Source: Flavobacteriaceae bacterium
GTDB taxonomy: Bacteria; Bacteroidota; Bacteroidia; Flavobacteriales; Flavobacteriaceae
DNA length: 64,000 nt
Reading direction: 5' to 3'
Assembly: GCA_045047075.1 (NCBI GenBank)
Contig: JASFYP010000022.1
Coordinates: 23,654-87,653 of the forward strand
Part shown: piece by piece, positions 58,813 to 64,000 of the stretch
Layout of the letters: each line of letters opens with the position of its first letter
Numbering within the stretch: position 1 is the stretch's first letter
Position numbers and translations under genes: made by a program
Notes under the pieces: model-generated
Databases searched by the model: none
Seen by the model: only the letters and a program-made list of their open reading frames with translations
What the model was told of the DNA's origin: nothing

Positions 58813-59981
58813 AACAGTGGATTTCCATATTAAAAAGTGAATTATCTTTAATTTTTGAAGATAAAAGCATCTTGCTTACTTGTTTGGTGGCTCCTATATT
58901 ATACGCCTTTTTTATAGGATCTATTTACACTGAAAAAGAAGTTTCTGAAATACCGATTGCGATAGTCGATTTTGATCATTCTAACTTATCTAGAAAAGTT
59001 TCTCAGCTCATTAATACTTCTGAAAAAGTTATGGTGGAAGGGCATTATTCTACTTTGGAAGATGCAATGTTTCATTTTAATAATTTAGAAGTTCAGGGGA
59101 TTGTAATCCTTCCGAAGAATTTTCAGAAAAAAACAATAAATTTGGACGGTGCTCACGTAGAATTGATATTGAATAACACCAAGTTTTTAACATCCAATGA
59201 GATAAACAAATCAGTACAGCAAGTAGTCTTAACCATCGCTGGAGGCGTACGAATGCAGTATTTTATCTCTAATAAAATTCCTGTTGAAATTGCCAAACAA
59301 CAGGCACAACCCATAATGCCTGTAATAAAATCCATATACAATGCTACCAACAATTACGGAGATTATTTGCTACCTATTTTGCTAATTTTAATTTTGCAGC
59401 AAACCTTAATAATTGGTTTTGGACAAAGTATCGTTCACGAATTCAAACACGGAATGCTTCAAAATTTAGAGGCTTATTCTTTCTATGAGTTTATGAAAGT
59501 GATTTCAGCAAAAAGTAGTTATTATTTAGTGTTGTATGTTGCCTACTTTTTTGTGTTTTACAAGTTGATATTCCCTCATTTTTCACTCACCTTTAACGGC
59601 TCTATTTTTTTACATTTATTTTTGAGCTTGCTGTTTATTTTGGTTGTGATATTGTACACTATTTTATTTGCTTCCTTCTTTAAAACGGTGATTGGTTGGA
59701 CCGAAATTTTAGCATTCTCAACCTATCCTTTATTTTTAGTTTCGGGTTATTCTTGGCCGATAGATGCAATGCCAAAAGCTTTGCAAATATTCGCAAATAT
59801 TTTGCCTTCCACTCCCTATTTTAGTGTGTTTAATTCGCTAGCAACCGAAGGAGAAAAACTGAGTAATATCACTAGTGGATATATTCATCTATTGGTTTTA
59901 TTGATGTTGGGCTATGTGCTGTTGTATTCTCGATTTATATTTATGAGAAAAAAAGCGAGAATAATTACTCAACTGCCTTAA
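58809..59981 (+). CDS. ABC-2 type permease (YbhR/YbhS-like) 2
   Basis: IAIVD.D.S.LSR, YN....Y..Y..P, SG.SWP..AMP. Confidence 0.88.
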   Translation: MKQWISILKSELSLIFEDKSILLTCLVAPILYAFFIGSIYTEKEVSEIPIAIVDFDHSNLSRKVSQLINTSEKVMVEGHYSTLEDAMFHFNNLEVQGIVILPKNFQKKTINLDGAHVELILNNTKFLTSNEINKSVQQVVLTIAGGVRMQYFISNKIPVEIAKQQAQPIMPVIKSIYNATNNYGDYLLPILLILILQQTLIIGFGQSIVHEFKHGMLQNLEAYSFYEFMKVISAKSSYYLVLYVAYFFVFYKLIFPHFSLTFNGSIFLHLFLSLLFILVVILYTILFASFFKTVIGWTEILAFSTYPLFLVSGYSWPIDAMPKALQIFANILPSTPYFSVFNSLATEGEKLSNITSGYIHLLVLLMLGYVLLYSRFIFMRKKARIITQLP

Positions 59982-61449
59982 AGTTTTCGATTGCTTCATT
60001 GGGCTCCATAATGGTGTAATCTTGCCAAAAGGTCGGGTCGTATTGTGATAAATAAGTTGCTTTTACACCTTCATTTATTACAATTGATTCGTAATCTATT
60101 TGACTAATTGGTTCAGATTCAAAAATCACCATTTCATATTTTATGATTTGATTCATCTGTATATCTAAGGCTAAAGAAAGTTCGTTTTGCTTTCTTCTTC
60201 CTTTCACATTTTTATTTTTTTCAATCACTTTTAAAGGTCGATCTAATCCAAAAAAACTTCCGTCTTCTAACTCTAAATAAGTTGGACTATAAGCTCCATT
60301 TTCATCTTTATCGAAAAGCATTTTACCACGATAAATAGTATTGCGGTAGGTAATCCCCAGTAATCCAAATTTACTAATAGGTCTTACGTTTTCAAAATCT
60401 AATCGCAGCACTCCAAAATCTTGAGTATTCACATACATTGTACCTTTAAAATCTTTACTTCCTTTTGGAGTAAAACTTAAAACATACACAGTCATTTCGT
60501 TGATTATTGTGTAATCTTCCAATGTAAATTTATAACGATTGGACTTTTCTAACACATCAATTTTTGAATCTTCATGAAAGAATAATTGCTCATATAAATC
60601 TGAAATGCGATTTGTTATTTGTTCTTGAAATACCGCACTATTATCGTCTTTTTGCTTTTTAATAGCAACTTTTGCCTCTTCATTTTCTTGAATGATTGAA
60701 TCTACCTGCATCTTTGTGCTAAAAATTCCTGACTTGATTTTGATATAGGAATCTTTTTTTACGTTTTCATTAAAAATACGCTCTAGCTCTTTCCCAATTC
60801 CATCAGCAGAAAGATCATTGTTTTTATCATACAATTCAGCAGCTTTATTGATGCTTAATTTGTTTTTAGAATAATCGCCATAAAAATCTGCAACAGCTTC
60901 TTTGTAATAGGCAGAGTATTTAGGAATTATTCTCGTGATACTATCCATCAACTCTTTATTGAGTTCTTCAATACTCGATTTTTTGAATCCAAAATCCATT
61001 TTTTTAATACGAGCAATATCCGATTGACGGAAAAATATTTTCTTTTTAGTTAAATCTACATTGTAATTTTTAGTGAGATTTATTTTAACATTTTTAATGA
61101 TTTCTGAAGCTGTTAATTTTTTTGTCGTAAAAAATACTTCATTCAATTCGAAAGTTTTTGGAGCTAATTCTACTATTAAATTTTCTTGCGCTACAAATAA
61201 AATTCTTTTGGTTTCATATCCCATATAAGAAATATAAATAGAGTCTTGAGGTTGTTTAATTCGGTCTATCTGAAAAGAAAACTCCCCTTCACCGTTTGTT
61301 ACCATTCCTTGGCTTTCACTTATAACAACCGTTGCATAAGTAATCGGCTCTCCCGAATCTTTATCAATAACTTTCGCCGAAAATGTTTGAGCATTTCCCA
61401 CAAAAAACAAAAGAAAAATTACAATAGATAATACGTGTTTTAAAAGCAT
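59965..61449 (-). CDS. Exported protein with N-terminal carboxypeptidase-like regulatory domain
   Basis: Signal peptide, V.D..SGEPI.YATV, TN.EG.F, ISYMGY, L.EV. Confidence 0.82.
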   Translation of the reverse strand: MLLKHVLSIVIFLLFFVGNAQTFSAKVIDKDSGEPITYATVVISESQGMVTNGEGEFSFQIDRIKQPQDSIYISYMGYETKRILFVAQENLIVELAPKTFELNEVFFTTKKLTASEIIKNVKINLTKNYNVDLTKKKIFFRQSDIARIKKMDFGFKKSSIEELNKELMDSITRIIPKYSAYYKEAVADFYGDYSKNKLSINKAAELYDKNNDLSADGIGKELERIFNENVKKDSYIKIKSGIFSTKMQVDSIIQENEEAKVAIKKQKDDNSAVFQEQITNRISDLYEQLFFHEDSKIDVLEKSNRYKFTLEDYTIINEMTVYVLSFTPKGSKDFKGTMYVNTQDFGVLRLDFENVRPISKFGLLGITYRNTIYRGKMLFDKDENGAYSPTYLELEDGSFFGLDRPLKVIEKNKNVKGRRKQNELSLALDIQMNQIIKYEMVIFESEPISQIDYESIVINEGVKATYLSQYDPTFWQDYTIMEPNEAIENFKAVE

Positions 61450-61593
61450 GGTAATTATTGTTAGTTAATATATAAGACGCAAATTTTATTTAAATAGTTA
61501 CCTACAATTAATTTGACGAGGCAATGTAGTTTATGTTACTTTAGATAACTCTTTTTTTTTCTTAGTTCTTTTATTGCTTCCCATCTAAAACAA

Positions 61594-61627
61594 AAAAGCG
61601 CAACAATCAATTGATTGTTGCGCTTTT
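61594..61627. terminator. dps terminator (perfect palindrome)
   Basis: aaaagcgcaacaatcaa / ttgattgttgcgctttt. Confidence 0.75.
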
Positions 61628-61645
61628 AACTAAAACTAAACTAAT

Positions 61646-62113
61646 TTATCTCAAATATGAATTCAACATCCACAATGTTTTTTCTGTTTCAGTGATATAA
61701 TCACTCATCAAACTCATTGTTCCTTCGTCATCAGCATCTCCTGCCAAAGCTAAAATTTCGCGCTCTTTTAATATCAATACAGAAAAGTTTTTTACAACTA
61801 TCTCTACACCTTTTGTTCCATTGGTAATTCCTTTTTCAGCCTGTATTTCTGAAATACCTATGTAGTCAGAAAATGTGTGCAGTGGTTCTCCTTCAAGCGT
61901 TAAAATTCGTTCTGCTACTTCATCAATTTTTATTACAGCATCATCATATAATTCTTCAAATTTTAAATGCAATTCAAAAAATTCTTTTCCCTTAATATTC
62001 CAATGTAAGCCTCTTAAATTCTGATAAAACAATTGATAATCAGCCAATAAATGGTTTAATTTAGTAATGAGTAATCCTGCTTTTACTTTATCTATTCCTA
62101 TTAAATTTTTCAT
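61646..62113 (-). CDS. dps: Dps family DNA-protection ferritin-like protein
   Basis: LHWNIKG..FF.LH..FEELY, D.VAERI..L, D..T..L, EK..WML. Confidence 0.95.
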   Translation of the reverse strand: MKNLIGIDKVKAGLLITKLNHLLADYQLFYQNLRGLHWNIKGKEFFELHLKFEELYDDAVIKIDEVAERILTLEGEPLHTFSDYIGISEIQAEKGITNGTKGVEIVVKNFSVLILKEREILALAGDADDEGTMSLMSDYITETEKTLWMLNSYLR

Positions 62114-62297
62114 GATATTATGATTTAAATATTACACTGCAAATATACAACTTATTGAAGTATCATCAAAATTGATTATTTTTATATTGTAATAGTATTT
62201 ATTTATTTTAAATAAAAATAGATTTTAGAAAAACATATTATCACCTCTTCAAATATTTTGTAAATTGCATTAACTAAGTCAAGCAAATCCATTCGTT

Positions 62298-63347
62298 TTG
62301 AAACATAAAGAAGCCCAAAATAGATTCCTTATTTTTTTAAAAGACAAAAGAAAGAAAAGCATTTTTAAAATGTTTTGGGAAGCGTCTTATTTATGGATTA
62401 GTAAAAGAGAAATTCCTTTCTATTATTTTAAATACCAATACCGAAAATCGGTAACTAACTTCAAAGATTATTTGAGCACTAAAGAAGGGGTAAGGATCCA
62501 ACAAGGTAAACAATTACATAATGATGAGCTTATCTCGATTATATCAAATAAACTTAGCTTTTCTTTGTATTGCAAAAAAAATGGACTACCCATTGCTAAA
62601 ATGGTTAGTTATAATTTAGATTCAAATTTCTTTTTTGAAGGTGCCGTTTTCAAAGTAAAAAATTCTGAAGATCTTTTTACTTTTTTTAATCATGTATTTG
62701 ATAAAACAACACTCCAAAGTATTTTTATAAAACCACTTGCTCAATATGGTGGAGCAGGATGCTTTAAAATAAATAAAAACAACTTAAAGGAAGATATTGA
62801 ACATTGCAGTGAGTATATAATAGGCACTGGGTATATCCACGAAGAGCTCATTCAACAACACGAAGATATTAATAAAATCCATCGAAATTGCATCAATTCT
62901 ATACGCCTGTTAACATATATTGATAAAAACAAAATAGTAAATATTATTATTGCGTATATGCGATTTGGTGTTGGTAAAAGTGTAGTTGATAATGTGAGTT
63001 CTGGTGGGTTTCAAGTAGGTTTAAATTTAAAAACTGGTATCTTACAAGAAAAAGGATATCAAGATATGGAGTTTGGTGGTGCTGAGTTTTATGAGCATCC
63101 AACAAGTGGGTTTATTTTTAAGGATTTTAAAATCCCTTATTTTAAAGAAGTATTGGATTTAACCAACAAAGCAAGTAATTTTTTACCTGACCGGATTATA
63201 GGCTGGGATATTGCTATTACTCCAAATGGCCCTGTTTTGATAGAGGCCAATGAGTACCCATCTATTTATGCAGCTGATATTGTTTATGGCGGATTAAAGA
63301 AACACCCTAAGATAATTGAATTGCTATCAGAATTGAAAAAGAAATAA
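62298..63347 (+). CDS. Sugar-transfer-associated ATP-grasp protein (paralogue 1)
   Basis: F.KP...YGG.G, EE.I.QH, N.IR..T, DN...GG, GWD.AIT..GP..IEAN. Confidence 0.85.
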   Translation: MKHKEAQNRFLIFLKDKRKKSIFKMFWEASYLWISKREIPFYYFKYQYRKSVTNFKDYLSTKEGVRIQQGKQLHNDELISIISNKLSFSLYCKKNGLPIAKMVSYNLDSNFFFEGAVFKVKNSEDLFTFFNHVFDKTTLQSIFIKPLAQYGGAGCFKINKNNLKEDIEHCSEYIIGTGYIHEELIQQHEDINKIHRNCINSIRLLTYIDKNKIVNIIIAYMRFGVGKSVVDNVSSGGFQVGLNLKTGILQEKGYQDMEFGGAEFYEHPTSGFIFKDFKIPYFKEVLDLTNKASNFLPDRIIGWDIAITPNGPVLIEANEYPSIYAADIVYGGLKKHPKIIELLSELKKK

Positions 63348-63349
63348 AT

Positions 63350-64000
63350 ATGGCTGCAAAACAACAAAACAGGTTGCGCATTTTTTTGAAAGACAAAAAT
63401 AAAAAAAGCTTTTTGAGAATGTTTAGAGAATCTATGTATTTATGGATTAGCAAAAGAGAAATTCCATTTTATTATTTTAAATATCTCTATCGCAAAAATG
63501 TGGTAAATTACAAAGATTATATCAGCACAAAAGAAGCGCATAAAATTCAGTTTTCAAATGCTTTTCACAAACCGGAACATTTATCAATCATATCAAATAA
63601 GCTAAGCTTTTCTATTTTTTGCGAACAGATTAATTTACCCGTTCCAAAATTAATTAGCCACAACCTCAACTCCAATTTTATTTTTAAGGGAGAACTTTTT
63701 AAGGTGGCTTCCAAAGAAGATTTACAAAGTTTCTTCAAAAATATTTTCAATAATACCAATCACGAAAATATTTTTGTGAAGCCATTGTCACTTTATGGAG
63801 GCATAGGTTGCTACCGAATCAATAAAAATAATTTGGAGGCAGACATAAATAAATGTGTAGATTTTGTAATCCATAATAGTTGTGTGCATGAGGAAGTTGT
63901 TTTACAGCATCCTGAGATAAATAAAATTCATGCAGATTGTATCAACACTATCCGCATGGAAACATTTATTGATAAACAGGGTAAGACTCATTTACTTTCA
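63350..64000 (+). CDS. Sugar-transfer-associated ATP-grasp protein (paralogue 2, runs off window)
   Basis: Manual translation from ATG 63350: MAAKQQNRLRIFLKDKNKKSFLRMFRESMYLWISKREIPFYYFKY...FVKPLSLYGG.G...HEEVVLQHPEINKIH..CINTIR; open to window end. Confidence 0.85.
   Translation, partial: MAAKQQNRLRIFLKDKNKKSFLRMFRESMYLWISKREIPFYYFKYLYRKNVVNYKDYISTKEAHKIQFSNAFHKPEHLSIISNKLSFSIFCEQINLPVPKLISHNLNSNFIFKGELFKVASKEDLQSFFKNIFNNTNHENIFVKPLSLYGGIGCYRINKNNLEADINKCVDFVIHNSCVHEEVVLQHPEINKIHADCINTIRMETFIDKQGKTHLLS

Noticed and set aside
3140-63759. Numerous 60-120 aa antisense or alternate-frame ORFs (e.g. 3343-3606, 20137-20454, 34309-34623, 52966-53280, 53426-53791, 63565-63759)
   Set aside because: All lie within longer well-supported genes and show no motifs or independent promoters; treated as shadow ORFs.
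1-64000. CRISPR arrays, rRNA, tmRNA, prophage, integrase or transposase genes
   Set aside because: No regularly spaced direct repeats or recognisable motifs were found by eye; smpB unlinked from ssrA is normal.

Overview
AT-rich core-chromosome segment of a Flavobacteriaceae-type (Bacteroidota) bacterium. The assignment rests on TAnnTTTG promoters, porX, two T9SS C-terminal-domain proteins and the lpxD-HD / porX-tsaE gene order. It holds about 55 mostly housekeeping CDS (lpxD partial, porX, tsaE, yggS, miaA, guaB, smpB, maf, aroK, fabG, pyrD, pheT, recG, purL, dps) plus tRNA-Lys(TTT) and tRNA-Leu(GAG). I saw no CRISPR array, rRNA, prophage or intact transposase. The less ordinary content is small-scale: (1) a lone integron-like gene cassette (6699-7626) whose attC-like hairpin is interrupted by a 205-bp MITE with a 7-bp target duplication, itself carrying a REP-like inverted repeat; (2) several families of short palindromic repeats, two of them translated in frame inside recG and purL; (3) a ~300-nt promoter- and terminator-bounded non-coding hairpin region between guaB and an MscS gene (candidate sRNA); (4) a porin / FMN-binding protein / HxH membrane protein operon with paired palindromic operator-like boxes (candidate iron-regulated extracytoplasmic redox or uptake module); (5) a frameshifted MscS-family gene, an Ald homologue lacking catalytic residues, an ATPase-less TolC/HlyD/ABC-2 operon and tandem sugar-transfer ATP-grasp paralogues at the right edge. 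All family calls come from motif recognition without database searches.
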